A DNA stretch of 64,000 nt from a virus (Duplodnaviria > Caudoviricetes). A program made the translations under genes and the position numbers. The stretch spans positions 1-64,000 of IMG/VR virus record IMGVR_UViG_3300046837_000396; one strand, 5' to 3'. A model generated the notes under the pieces. It was not told where the DNA came from and did not search any database. It worked only from the letters and a program-made list of their open reading frames with translations. Shown here piece after piece: positions 8,619 to 17,480 of this stretch (positions within the stretch are counted from its first letter, which is position 1; each line of letters begins with the position of its first letter).

Positions 8619-8857
8619 TGGTCCTCCGGAAACGGTTTACCGGCCACCTTCGCTTCCGTTCTGGCGCGGCGGTAGTCGGCGACCTGTCGGCGATCGTCCG
8701 CGCGCTGACATGCCCGGCAGGTCGCGTTGTCGACGAGTTCGGTCGGGCCGATGAAGCACCACTCCGGGAGAAACCGACCGCAATAGGCGCTGTAGTGGGG
8801 CTCGCCGTGGACGATGATCGGTTGGCCGTCCCGCAGGTGAGTCTTCTGAGGAGTCAC
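8615..8857 (-). CDS. small Zn-finger-like protein (paralog of 8854..9045)
   Basis: KTH...YCGR...ATCRACQR.DDRR. Confidence 0.65.
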   Translation of the reverse strand: MTPQKTHLRDGQPIIVHGEPHYSAYCGRFLPEWCFIGPTELVDNATCRACQRADDRRQVADYRRARTEAKVAGKPFPEDQ

Positions 8858-9045
8858 TTTCCACCTCGGCCGATCTCTACGATCTGTCGACGACGACGAT
8901 CATCAGACCGCTGACAAGCGCGGCAGGTCGCGTCGTCAATGAGGTTGTTCCGGTTAATACAACTCGAGGCAGCAACGACCCGGCCGCAGTAGGTCCGGAT
9001 CGTCGTATTACCGAGCGGCCACCGTACCGGGATGTGGGTCTTCAC
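8854..9045 (-). CDS. small Zn-finger-like protein
   Basis: KTH...YCGR...ATCRACQRSDDRR. Confidence 0.65.
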   Translation of the reverse strand: MKTHIPVRWPLGNTTIRTYCGRVVAASSCINRNNLIDDATCRACQRSDDRRRRQIVEIGRGGK

Positions 9046-9078
9046 TTTCCACCTCGCCCGATCTCTACGATCTGACGA
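8854..9078. repeat. 37-bp direct repeat (8854-8890 and 9042-9078)
   Basis: 35/37 identical; encodes RQIVEIGRGGK* plus SD and GTG start. Confidence 0.9.
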
Positions 9079-9242
9079 AGCAGCTCAACCGCGGTCCTGC
9101 GGCGCGCGTAAAACTTGGCCGACAGAACAGTGTTCGCGACCGTGCGGTTCAGCCGGTCCACGAGCAGCTCCGCGTCAGCCTGCCGGTTCATGAGCGCGAA
9201 GGACCGCTCTTGTCCTTCGCGCTTTACGTCCCAGCGTTCCAT
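9042..9242 (-). CDS. hypothetical protein
   Basis: 66 aa; coupled. Confidence 0.6.
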   Translation of the reverse strand: MERWDVKREGQERSFALMNRQADAELLVDRLNRTVANTVLSAKFYARRRTAVELLRQIVEIGRGGK

Positions 9243-10231
9243 CAGGCGGCCTTCGCCATCTCGAGCGCGATCGTGAGGGCGCGGTCGTTCTGATTCGCGG
9301 CGCTGCCGAACCAGAGGTTGTCGAGACGACGCGAGCGATCTTTCCCGCGTCCGTACGCGAGGTACTCGGTCAGGGCGTTGTAGGCGGCCCAGTAGGTGCC
9401 GGCGACCCCCGGGAGCTGGTTGCCGCGTCCTTGCTCGAAGAGCCGAACGACCTTCGGGAGCGTGATCTTGGAGGCCCCCGGAAGTTCTTGACCGGTCGCC
9501 GGCGAGAGAACCCGGCGGACCAGCAGCTCGAGGGACGGGCGGTCGATCTGTCGGCTCGCGAGGAACCGGTACCGCTCCGCCGTCGCTTCGAAGGTTCGGT
9601 CCGCGAGGTTGATCGCGTCACGGGCCGCCACGACCGCTTCCTTCACCTTCCGGGTGTGGTGGATCTTCAGGAGCGTCTTGCGCGCGTCGCCGGCTCCGTG
9701 CGCGAGCGCGAGCGTGTTCGCGCACACGACCTGGATGGGCGTGAACCCGACCCTGACCGCGACCTTCCCGTCGTGGCTGTTCGAGAGCAGCAGGTACTTC
9801 AGGACCTCGTCACCCGGCACCACGACCGACGGATCGCGGTTGATGCGGGCGAGCGCCCAGATCCGTTCGCCATCCCGGAGTGATCCCGCGGTTTCGAGAA
9901 CGGCATCGCCGGAGGCGAGGAAGGGATCGAAGAACGCGAACGCGTCGCGGTTCTGGAGCGGGTGCGTGCCAGGGCCCACGACCCCGAGGATTCGGCCGTC
10001 CGTGGTTCGGTAGTTGGCGAGCGCCGGAACCTTCTGGTCGATAATCGAATCCCGGCCATCGTCCATCGGACCAGCCTCGCGAACCGTCCAGAGTTCCTTC
10101 TGCCCGACCTCCCAGTCGAGACCAGCCGCCACGATCGCCTCGCGGGTCGTCGGGGCGCTCTCGAGCCGAACCCCGAGCCCGTGCCAGGGCGTCTCGCCCA
10201 CGTAAAACATCGATTCAACTTCGTGACTCAT
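9242..10231 (-). CDS. DUF932 / TIGR03299-family phage-plasmid protein
   Basis: MSHEVESMFYVGETPWHGLG, LSNSHDG, VVCANTL, GTYWAAYNALTEY. Confidence 0.9.
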   Translation of the reverse strand: MSHEVESMFYVGETPWHGLGVRLESAPTTREAIVAAGLDWEVGQKELWTVREAGPMDDGRDSIIDQKVPALANYRTTDGRILGVVGPGTHPLQNRDAFAFFDPFLASGDAVLETAGSLRDGERIWALARINRDPSVVVPGDEVLKYLLLSNSHDGKVAVRVGFTPIQVVCANTLALAHGAGDARKTLLKIHHTRKVKEAVVAARDAINLADRTFEATAERYRFLASRQIDRPSLELLVRRVLSPATGQELPGASKITLPKVVRLFEQGRGNQLPGVAGTYWAAYNALTEYLAYGRGKDRSRRLDNLWFGSAANQNDRALTIALEMAKAA

Positions 10232-10268
10232 CTTCAGCCTCCACCTTCGTTAAAACGGTTTGACCTCT

Positions 10269-10556
10269 CTATCGGATTTGACCGAGCGAAAGCGCGGTCG
10301 TGGTCGCGGCCGAGATCCTCAGCAGAAGCTGCTCGATCGCGGCGTCGGGCGAGCTGGCGCGTTCCTCGAGTCCCGCGATCTGGACCACATACACGACGCG
10401 ATCGACGAGGAACTGGATCCGGAGCTCGAAGTCGTCGAGCCCATACCGCCATGTCGCGGCCCCGAACTTCGCCTCCTGAACCTCCCGGAGCCGGTTCGCG
10501 GCCAGCACGACGAGCGAGACCCGGTTCCGAATCTCGATAGTTTCGAATTGGTTCAT
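10269..10556 (-). CDS. hypothetical protein
   Basis: GGAGG SD; ATGA coupling. Confidence 0.6.
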   Translation of the reverse strand: MNQFETIEIRNRVSLVVLAANRLREVQEAKFGAATWRYGLDDFELRIQFLVDRVVYVVQIAGLEERASSPDAAIEQLLLRISAATTTALSLGQIR

Positions 10557-10801
10557 ACGTCCGCCTCCCGCGTCCTAATGTCCGACACACCCGCTTCGTT
10601 TAGTTTCTCGACGAGTCGCTCGAGGGCCTTCTCGGTCCGGACGACCTTTCGTCGCCACGCCTTCCCGTCCCACCACGCGACCTCGGTCGCGGTAAAGCAC
10701 CAGGGAGCGGTAAAGCACCCGGGTGCGGGTTCGTTGTATTCGCGCGCCTCGCGCTCAGCTACGATTCGAGCGTTTTCGACCGACCCTTTTGCGTTGCTCA
10801 T
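10553..10801 (-). CDS. hypothetical early protein (leaderless)
   Basis: ATG 6 nt after TAGAGT. Confidence 0.7.
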   Translation of the reverse strand: MSNAKGSVENARIVAEREAREYNEPAPGCFTAPWCFTATEVAWWDGKAWRRKVVRTEKALERLVEKLNEAGVSDIRTREADV

Positions 10802-10807
10802 GAGTAG

Positions 10808-10844
10808 ACTCTACCGTGTCTAGACATCGTGTCTAGACAATTCG
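10808..10844 (-). promoter_or_regulatory. promoter with tandem operator, copy 4
   Basis: Boxes at 10816-10827 and 10829-10840; -10 TAGAGT. Confidence 0.8.
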
Positions 10845-10890
10845 ACATCCACCCGCGCCTACACGCGCCGCATCCAGTCAAGCAGCACGA

Positions 10891-10966
10891 GGCCCGCGAC
10901 CTCCGCGGGGCCGCCTAAACGGCTCCCTACGGGACTTCCCCATTGGCGGCCGGTCTAGTCGGGGCC
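10891..10966 (-). ncRNA. candidate rod-shaped structured RNA
   Basis: Four nested stems in an intergenic gap; TATCGT just upstream. Confidence 0.45.
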
Positions 10967-10980
10967 GTCGACGATACGCG

Positions 10981-11583
10981 CTAGGCCGGCTTGGTGGCCT
11001 GCCCCTCGGGGGGTTCCGGTTTACTCGCCCCGTATAGAGCCCACGTTGTTTTTGAGTCGTCCTCCCGAACCGCTGCTACGAAGTCGCGAAACCGCTCGAG
11101 GAACCCGTTGAGCCGGGCCGCGATCCTGGCGGTCTTCTGCTTCTCCTCGAAGAGTTGCCGCTTGAGATCGAGTGCTTCGTCGGACGCGTGCCGGTAGTTC
11201 TCGTTCTCGTTCCGGAGCAGGACGTCGCGGTCCCGACAACCCGTACAGAGCCCACGCTTCTCTTGAGCCGCCTGCCACAGCGCCTCGTAGCGTCCCGTGC
11301 GGATCTCGTTCTGCCGCATAAGGTCCGCGACCTTCTTGCGCTCGACCTCGAGGTCGATACGAGCGCGGTCGCGTTGCGCGTAGCAGGCGCGGCGGTCTTC
11401 CCCGAGGGCCCGGATCTGGAACGCCCAATCGTCAACGGTACCACTCGCGGGATGTTTGGATTCCGGAACAGCCTGACGAGCCGCATGCACGAGGCGATTC
11501 AGTTCCCCTACGGTTCGCCAATAGGATTTCGAAAGAGCTACGAGGCTCTTCGGAGTAGACTTGGGCGTTAGTTTCTTCGGCAT
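10981..11583 (-). CDS. coiled-coil hypothetical protein
   Basis: Heptad-rich with a CTGC motif. Confidence 0.65.
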   Translation of the reverse strand: MPKKLTPKSTPKSLVALSKSYWRTVGELNRLVHAARQAVPESKHPASGTVDDWAFQIRALGEDRRACYAQRDRARIDLEVERKKVADLMRQNEIRTGRYEALWQAAQEKRGLCTGCRDRDVLLRNENENYRHASDEALDLKRQLFEEKQKTARIAARLNGFLERFRDFVAAVREDDSKTTWALYGASKPEPPEGQATKPA

Positions 11584-11894
11584 AGGTGACCTCGTCCTTC
11601 CTTTACGGCCCACTCGCGGGCCGTCAGTTCGAGCGTAGCGTCCGCATCGTCCTCGTTCGTGATGGCGGCATCGGGCCCTACGACGAAGATGCTCAGGGCT
11701 TCGTCGTTCGGTACCTGCTGGACGTCCTCGATGTCGATATTCTCGGGTTCGAGCCCAAGGTGGTCAGCCAGAACCACGACCGCGTCCGCGACGTCGAGCG
11801 CCACGACCGCGTCGTCCGCGAGCTCGAACACGTGAAGCTGCTCCTGTGGGGTCGGCTCGACCGCGTTCCGTTCGATGAACTCGTCGATCGTCAT
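11568..11894 (-). CDS. acidic hypothetical protein
   Basis: 108 aa; coupled. Confidence 0.65.
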   Translation of the reverse strand: MTIDEFIERNAVEPTPQEQLHVFELADDAVVALDVADAVVVLADHLGLEPENIDIEDVQQVPNDEALSIFVVGPDAAITNEDDADATLELTAREWAVKEGRGHLCRRN

Positions 11895-12058
11895 CGGGAG
11901 TTGGTTTCGGTTACCCGAAAGATGTGTTGTACCGGGAACTTATGTACGGCGCCTCCCTCGAACATGAGACAATAGAACGCTCCTTTTTGGTATGCGTTCT
12001 TGACGTTATCGTAGATGACAGGTTCCGACTGTGTATAAAGATGCACCTTAACGATCAT
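11891..12058 (-). CDS. small hypothetical phage protein (AT-rich)
   Basis: MIVKVHLYTQSEP...HKFPVQHIFRV. Confidence 0.65.
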   Translation of the reverse strand: MIVKVHLYTQSEPVIYDNVKNAYQKGAFYCLMFEGGAVHKFPVQHIFRVTETNSR

Positions 12059-12335
12059 CACCCACCTTCTTTCGTCTCCACAGAAGTGTCGCCTGCCAGA
12101 TCCACGCGAGGTTCCCGAGCGCCAGGACGGCGCCGGCCCCGAAGCTAAACCACTGCCCGAGCGCCGGGTAGTAGAGAAGATTCCAGAACCCCCAGCCCGT
12201 GTAGAAGAAGTAGATCGGCCAGTAGACGCCTTTGATCGCACGGTCCCGCCGGAGCTGGAGCGCGTTCCGCCACGCCATCAGGGCGCCTCCGGCCTCGAAG
12301 AGTCCGTTCAGAAGATCCGGTAGGTCTTTCCGCAT
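12048..12335 (-). CDS. PQ-loop/SemiSWEET-like 3-TM membrane protein
   Basis: Three hydrophobic helices; QLRRDRAIKGV...WGFWNLLYY...GNLAW. Confidence 0.6.
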   Translation of the reverse strand: MRKDLPDLLNGLFEAGGALMAWRNALQLRRDRAIKGVYWPIYFFYTGWGFWNLLYYPALGQWFSFGAGAVLALGNLAWIWQATLLWRRKKVGDDR

Positions 12336-12338
12336 GGG

Positions 12339-12962
12339 TCAGCGATGGCGCCCGTGCGCGAGCCCGACAGATCCCGAGAGCGTACTGGTGAGCTGGTTGC
12401 CGTGGGGATCCTGGGGGACCACTCGACCCCGGTACTGGACGTGTCGGATCCCGGCCCGCGCGGCGTGCTCGCGCTCGTACCGGTCGAGCTCCTGGTGGGT
12501 CATGGCCGTCAGGTTCTTATCCCGCCCCTTTTGGACGAAGTAGTTCGACCCCGGCCCCATCCCGGGCTTCTGAGGGATCCGGCGTCCATTGATGAGCTTC
12601 CGGGGCGGCAGCGGGAGCTCGGGGCGTCCCTGGGCCCGCCGGAGCGCGTTCTCGTGCTCGGGGGTCCACCGCGCCGCGCGGCGCGGTGAGTTGGCGGACG
12701 CGATGAGGCCCTCCCGGAGGGCCACTAGTGTCTCCTGGGCCGTCGGAGCAGCCGGGGCACGAACGATCGGCGGCGGAAGCTTCCGGTGTCTCGGCGGAGC
12801 CCCCGGGGCATCCCGGTGCCGGACCTCACAGCCGAGCGCCGCCCGCTCCCTCTCGTAGCGGTCGCGGGACCGACACCGCTTCGAGCAAAAAGGGGTTCGG
12901 TTCGCGAGGAACTCTTTTCCGCAGACCCGACACGTCAGCCTATTGATCGGTTGTTCCTTCAC
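12339..12962 (-). CDS. hypothetical protein with CxxC...FCSxxC Zn finger
   Basis: CRVCGKEF...FCSKRC; GTG start. Confidence 0.55.
   Translation of the reverse strand: MKEQPINRLTCRVCGKEFLANRTPFCSKRCRSRDRYERERAALGCEVRHRDAPGAPPRHRKLPPPIVRAPAAPTAQETLVALREGLIASANSPRRAARWTPEHENALRRAQGRPELPLPPRKLINGRRIPQKPGMGPGSNYFVQKGRDKNLTAMTHQELDRYEREHAARAGIRHVQYRGRVVPQDPHGNQLTSTLSGSVGLAHGRHR
12668..12687. repeat. GC palindrome, copy 2
   Basis: 20/20 (22 bp with flanks); read as PRRAAR. Confidence 0.95.
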
Positions 12963-13192
12963 GCGTTCGGCCCTTCCGGTTCGTCCTGCTCGTCCCAGTA
13001 CCACATGAACACGACGACCAAGCAGAGGAGGAAGATCGAGAGCGCCTTCTCCTGCTCGGGCGAGAACCCGAGGATGTCGAACGCCTCCCGGAGATGCCTC
13101 ACGGGACCCCGATCGGGAGCGTCTGCCCACGTTCGGGCTTCCGCCCGTTCTCGATTCGGTAACTTAGGCGATCCGGCATCCCGTTCGGGGTC

Positions 13193-13435
13193 CTAGTTCC
13201 CGAGGCTGACGACCGGGGTCGTCATGACGAACCGCCCGGCTTCGCCCGGGAAGAAGATCGTGACCTTCTGTCCGACCCTGACCTCGGACGCCTCCAAGTA
13301 GGTCGTCCACTCGCTGTAGCGGGCGGCCCGTGAATCGTCACCGGCGAGCCACCGGAACCGTTTCCCTGCTTCGTCGAGCTCGTACACGGAGCCGCTGCGC
13401 GTCTTGAACACCATCCTGAAAGCCTCCGGCATCAT
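13193..13435 (-). CDS. hypothetical phage protein (leaderless)
   Basis: FKTRSGSVYELD...TTPVV; GCGCCATC 7 nt upstream. Confidence 0.7.
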   Translation of the reverse strand: MMPEAFRMVFKTRSGSVYELDEAGKRFRWLAGDDSRAARYSEWTTYLEASEVRVGQKVTIFFPGEAGRFVMTTPVVSLGN

Positions 13436-13958
13436 GTTTCGGGATGGCGCGGTCTTGTCTAGACCTCAAAGAACAACCGGTGGACGAGCCGGTCATACCA
13501 CCGGTACTGGGGCGGCCACGCGAGGATCCGGTGGTCGGGTTCCTGATAGACGCGGCGGACGAGCAACGCGAGCACGAGCCAAAACGGGATCACGATATCG
13601 TCTCCTCTGAAGTGTTCCCGGGGCTGAACAGATCGTGCCGGAACCGTCTCTGGCGCTGCGGCGCCTTCGAGTCCGGCGTCTCCTGCTTTGGGGCGGGCGA
13701 CTTCCATTCGTCCAACGATCCCGCCCCGGGAACGCTACTGGATGGCGCCTAGGCACCGAACCAGAAAGCCAACTTCCGCACGTACAGCCAACCTTCGTGG
13801 TCGACGATCACGCGATCGTACCGGTCCTCAATCGCCAACACCGGTAGGGCACTCGGGGCGAGTTGAGCCGGGTCCTCCGGCATCTCCCGCGTTTCGTGGC
13901 GGGTGACGTTAGCTTCGTCCATCGACTCGTTCCCCGAGCACGCCCAGAAGATAACGCG

Positions 13959-14213
13959 CTACGCCCCGTAGGTCCCGTGGACGACCACCAGCTTCGCACC
14001 GTCGGGATGTCGGATGACACGCCGGACACAGCACCGGAGCTGGCAGAGCCGACACGCCGGGTCCGTGAACGCGCACGGAGTGACGAAACCGGCGGTCGGG
14101 CCCGCGTAGAGATTCCAGTTGTGATCGGTCTCCCGGACGTCGACGATCGGAAAGACCTCGACGAGATCGGGTTGAACACGCTCCCGATACCCGGGGCCGA
14201 GATCGAAGATCAT
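13959..14213 (-). CDS. hypothetical protein
   Basis: 84 aa. Confidence 0.5.
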   Translation of the reverse strand: MIFDLGPGYRERVQPDLVEVFPIVDVRETDHNWNLYAGPTAGFVTPCAFTDPACRLCQLRCCVRRVIRHPDGAKLVVVHGTYGA

Positions 14214-14217
14214 CGCG

Positions 14218-14418
14218 CTACTCGTCGCCCTGTCGGAACGGATGCCGGCAGAAGGTCCCGATCGCGACCATGAGCCCGTACCCGACGATCGCGGCCATCG
14301 CGGTCAGGGCCCACTCGCGGCCCGATCCCTCGCGGAAGATGCCGGGGCCCGATACCGCACACCCGGCGAAGAACCCGTAGAGGAACCGTCCTCCCGGCCA
14401 GTGTCGGGTTGGCTTCAT
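14218..14418 (-). CDS. small membrane protein
   Basis: Two hydrophobic segments. Confidence 0.45.
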   Translation of the reverse strand: MKPTRHWPGGRFLYGFFAGCAVSGPGIFREGSGREWALTAMAAIVGYGLMVAIGTFCRHPFRQGDE

Positions 14419-14621
14419 AGCCTGAGCCTGTCGAGCCCGTCACGGATCTTCCCGTGGCGGCGCATGTCTTGTTCGTTCCACCGAGCGTCTGTCTCGCGGT
14501 ACCGGAGCTCGATCCAGACCCATTCCTGCTCCGTCAGGCCGTCGGCCCCTACTTCTTCGAATCGCCGGAACGCTGCCTCGACCTCTTGGCGATGCCGGCC
14601 GAACCCTGCGCCGCGGGGCAT
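14415..14621 (-). CDS. hypothetical protein
   Basis: TAATG coupling. Confidence 0.55.
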   Translation of the reverse strand: MPRGAGFGRHRQEVEAAFRRFEEVGADGLTEQEWVWIELRYRETDARWNEQDMRRHGKIRDGLDRLRL

Positions 14622-14821
14622 TACCGCGACACCTTTAGGACGATCCGACGATCCTGACAGGCTCGGATCTCGAGGTGTTCACGGTGCCGGACCGCTCGGT
14701 CCGCGCAGGGTCGGCACGACGGGATCGTGGCCGGGATCCCGTTGGTCGAGTTCGGCACCTTCAGATCGACGAGTGCGTCGCAGAAGTAGCAGCCGTTCCG
14801 GCGCCCGGTCCCGTCCTTCAT
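14621..14821 (-). CDS. small Zn-finger-like protein
   Basis: CYFC...CRPC. Confidence 0.55.
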   Translation of the reverse strand: MKDGTGRRNGCYFCDALVDLKVPNSTNGIPATIPSCRPCADRAVRHREHLEIRACQDRRIVLKVSR

Positions 14822-15342
14822 CTCGATACCCAACCTTGGTCGGACTTTATCCGAAGCTTGCCCTCCACCGCGCCGCGCGGCGCGGTGCCGAGGAGTCGGT
14901 GAGCGCCGTCGAGCGCCTTCTCGAGCGTCGTGTCGAAGACCCGCCAGATCCCGCGCTTCTCGGTCGCGGCGACGTCGACGTAATACTGAAGCTCGGGTTC
15001 CCACGCGACCTCGATGACGGCCGGGTTCCCAACGAAGTAACGTTCGCGGAACCACTGCCCGAGTCGATACCAGTCGCCCTCACCGGTCCAGAATAATTCC
15101 TCGAGACCGTCGAATCCCCATTCGAACGCGCACCTACTATCGAATCGTTCGACGACGAGCGCGTGATGGGGTTGGCGGGTAGTAGCTCGCCCGTCCGTGA
15201 CGATCGTAACGGCCCCGAGGGGGCAGTAGGTTCGGCTCAGTAGATCGTGAAGGCCCCAGTTAGCGCCGATCCGCCATCCCCTCCGGATCGCGTGCTCGCA
15301 GAACGCCTCGAGTTCCCGCCTGACGAGTTCGATCGACTTCAT
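14818..15342 (-). CDS. hypothetical protein
   Basis: CPLGAV...FEWGFDG; ATGA coupling. Confidence 0.65.
   Translation of the reverse strand: MKSIELVRRELEAFCEHAIRRGWRIGANWGLHDLLSRTYCPLGAVTIVTDGRATTRQPHHALVVERFDSRCAFEWGFDGLEELFWTGEGDWYRLGQWFRERYFVGNPAVIEVAWEPELQYYVDVAATEKRGIWRVFDTTLEKALDGAHRLLGTAPRGAVEGKLRIKSDQGWVSR
14867..14886. repeat. GC palindrome, copy 3
   Basis: 20/20 (22 with flanks); read as TAPRGAV. Confidence 0.95.
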
Positions 15343-15527
15343 CGATACACCGGCGGGTGCGCCTCGACGGCTTCGATCACGAACCGCGCGTTGGCGAACC
15401 ATTCGGCCTTCTCGTCGTTCGTCAGCGCGTCGAACTCCCGATACGTGAGCCCATACGGGACAAGCTTCTCCCGCGAGAACCGATAGAGCTTCTGCGCGAC
15501 CAGTACGACTCGTTCTTCCTCACCCAT
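15339..15527 (-). CDS. hypothetical protein
   Basis: 62 aa; GAGG SD. Confidence 0.6.
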   Translation of the reverse strand: MGEEERVVLVAQKLYRFSREKLVPYGLTYREFDALTNDEKAEWFANARFVIEAVEAHPPVYR

Positions 15528-15534
15528 CAGGACC

Positions 15535-15882
15535 TCACTTTACCCGCCTGAGATGGCGCTGCTTACGCTTCCCGCTTCCGTCGCAGTCCCGGCACAGCAC
15601 GATCCCGGAGTCGTCCGGATAACGGGACGGGCCCTCGACTTCGCCGTCGCCGGCGCACTTCGGGCAGATCCCGCTCTCGAGTTGAGGCGAACCCTTCAGC
15701 CGTTCGATCTGGTCCGCGAGGTCGTCGAGTTCCCCGTGAAGGAACGCGTCCATGTGCTGGCCCCGCGCGACGTCGCCCGCGATCTCGAGCAGCGCCCCGT
15801 GGAGGCCACTCGACGGGCTGTACTGGTGCGCACGATCGATCAGGTACGCGAGCGCCGCGTCCTCCTGCCGGAGCCCGCTCAT
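15535..15882 (-). CDS. hypothetical protein with DnaJ-like CxxCxGxG repeats
   Basis: CPKCAGDG...CRDCDGSG. Confidence 0.65.
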   Translation of the reverse strand: MSGLRQEDAALAYLIDRAHQYSPSSGLHGALLEIAGDVARGQHMDAFLHGELDDLADQIERLKGSPQLESGICPKCAGDGEVEGPSRYPDDSGIVLCRDCDGSGKRKQRHLRRVK

Positions 15883-16100
15883 ATCCGTCGCTCCGCGGGG
15901 GCCCAGAAGATCCGTAGGCAGTAGGAGCATTTCCCGAACAGGATCGCGAAGTGCTGGGTCGTCGCAACCGTCATCGGAATGATGATTGGGTTCCCGCACC
16001 CGCACGCAACCGCGCTACCGCGGGCGACCGGTACGATCTCGGTGACCGGATGCGAGGGTGCGAGCTCACGCGCGATCATCTCGGCCAGGATGGCACTCAC
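15879..16100 (-). CDS. small Zn-ribbon protein
   Basis: CGCG...CSYC. Confidence 0.55.
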   Translation of the reverse strand: MSAILAEMIARELAPSHPVTEIVPVARGSAVACGCGNPIIIPMTVATTQHFAILFGKCSYCLRIFWAPAERRI

Positions 16101-16459
16101 GACGCGTCCATCCGAACCAATAACGCGACCCGCTCGTCATGCCGGAGCCTGTCGACGTACCGGAGTGCCGACGCCTGCTCGGTCAGGAGGGACAAGCCCT
16201 CGGCTAGTGCTGCTTCGCGTTGCCGCTCGAGAGCTACCCTGATCCGGGACGCCTCGAGCGCGTGCTCGTGGTACGGGATCCACTCATCGGTTTCGCGGAA
16301 CCAGAACCCCGGGAACTCCCGAAGCGTCAGCTCAATCAAAACCGCGAATACCAAGTAGGGGCGCAGGACTTCTTCCCGACAACACTCTCGGGGTCCCGTC
16401 GCGGGGATGCGCCCCGTCATCACTTCCGGTAAGACGAGCTTCACGGTCGGGTACGTCAC
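16097..16459 (-). CDS. hypothetical protein
   Basis: Coupled ORF. Confidence 0.55.
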   Translation of the reverse strand: MTYPTVKLVLPEVMTGRIPATGPRECCREEVLRPYLVFAVLIELTLREFPGFWFRETDEWIPYHEHALEASRIRVALERQREAALAEGLSLLTEQASALRYVDRLRHDERVALLVRMDAS

Positions 16460-16863
16460 TTCCGGCCCCCCTTCGTTACGTTCGGGATCTCGTCCGGCAC
16501 CCGCGACGGGACCGCGTCGTCGCCGAGTCCTGCTTGCTCGCGCAACACCTCGAGCGTGGTGTTGTTGAGGAACCGATCCGACGCGATACCAAGTCGCTCG
16601 AACACTTGGTCGACAATCCGAACCGCGGCGGCACTCCCAACGATGAATCGCGGCGGGGCTTCTCGTTCTACCCGGCGCTGCTCCTCGTGGATCTGTATCA
16701 GGCAGTGCGGGATGAGGTCGATGAGTTCCCGCGCCTCCTGCTGGAGTGCCGGCAGCTCGCAGTGGTCGGTCGCAGAGAGGAGTCGTTGGAGCGCTGTCGC
16801 GAATGCGGCGCGGATCCGGTGGGCCTCCTGAAGGGTGGTCGGGATCTGGTGTTGTCTAGACAT
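16456..16863 (-). CDS. hypothetical protein
   Basis: Start codon lies within a single TGTCTAGACA box; GCGTCATC 9 nt upstream. Confidence 0.6.
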   Translation of the reverse strand: MSRQHQIPTTLQEAHRIRAAFATALQRLLSATDHCELPALQQEARELIDLIPHCLIQIHEEQRRVEREAPPRFIVGSAAAVRIVDQVFERLGIASDRFLNNTTLEVLREQAGLGDDAVPSRVPDEIPNVTKGGRK

Positions 16864-16869
16864 CGTAAG

Positions 16870-17199
16870 TCAGATGACGCATACGGGACCCGCCAGCACT
16901 TGAAGCACGAATGGGTAGTCGTTGCCGATTGGCCCGAGCTGAGCGGTCCCGATCCAAAGTTTGGACTCCAATACCGTACCGGGTTCGGCTGTAGGGTCGG
17001 GCGCGCAGAACCATTCGCCCGTCGTGACGAGCTGGAAGCTCTGTCGGCACTTCTGCTTTCGATCGAGACGATGCCGGCACCACAGCACGACGCTATCGCG
17101 CTGGACCCCAACCCGGTACTCTTCCGGTAGATACGGGAACTCGAGCGTCACGACCGCCGGGTCGTCGCCGAGCTGATACTTAAAGATGACTTGCTCCAT
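16870..17199 (-). CDS. hypothetical phage protein
   Basis: VIFKYQL...VGVQ...LW...WIGTAQ pattern. Confidence 0.65.
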   Translation of the reverse strand: MEQVIFKYQLGDDPAVVTLEFPYLPEEYRVGVQRDSVVLWCRHRLDRKQKCRQSFQLVTTGEWFCAPDPTAEPGTVLESKLWIGTAQLGPIGNDYPFVLQVLAGPVCVI

Positions 17200-17203
17200 C
17201 GGA

Positions 17204-17446
17204 TCAGAACTGAACGGGGTTCGCGGGATCGCGAGGCCGCCATCGGACGCAGCATCCGAGCTCACCGATGCTCGGCACGAGATGCACGACCCCTTCTTGG
17301 TCCACGATCCGGTGGGTCGTCTTTCCCACGAATAGGGTTTTGGGGGTTTGGATCCTGTAGGTTCTGTAGATCCTGACCTGCCCGACCCCCGGGATTAGCC
17401 ACTCGTATTCCCGCCACAACTCACTCGAGATATCTTTGGGTTCCAT
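17204..17446 (-). CDS. hypothetical phage protein
   Basis: DISSELWREYEW...TTHRIVD...NPVQF; GGAGG SD. Confidence 0.75.
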   Translation of the reverse strand: MEPKDISSELWREYEWLIPGVGQVRIYRTYRIQTPKTLFVGKTTHRIVDQEGVVHLVPSIGELGCCVRWRPRDPANPVQF

Positions 17447-17480
17447 CAGAACCTCCTGGTTCGGGACGAGATGACGCCCG

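Noticed and set aside
8854-9078. Repeat pair as a DGR template/variable repeat
   Set aside because: It is too short, the differences are synonymous, and there is no reverse transcriptase in the window.
5415-10966. Structured elements as tRNAs or known ribozymes
   Set aside because: No cloverleaf or T-loop, and no hammerhead, HDV or twister core recognisable by eye.
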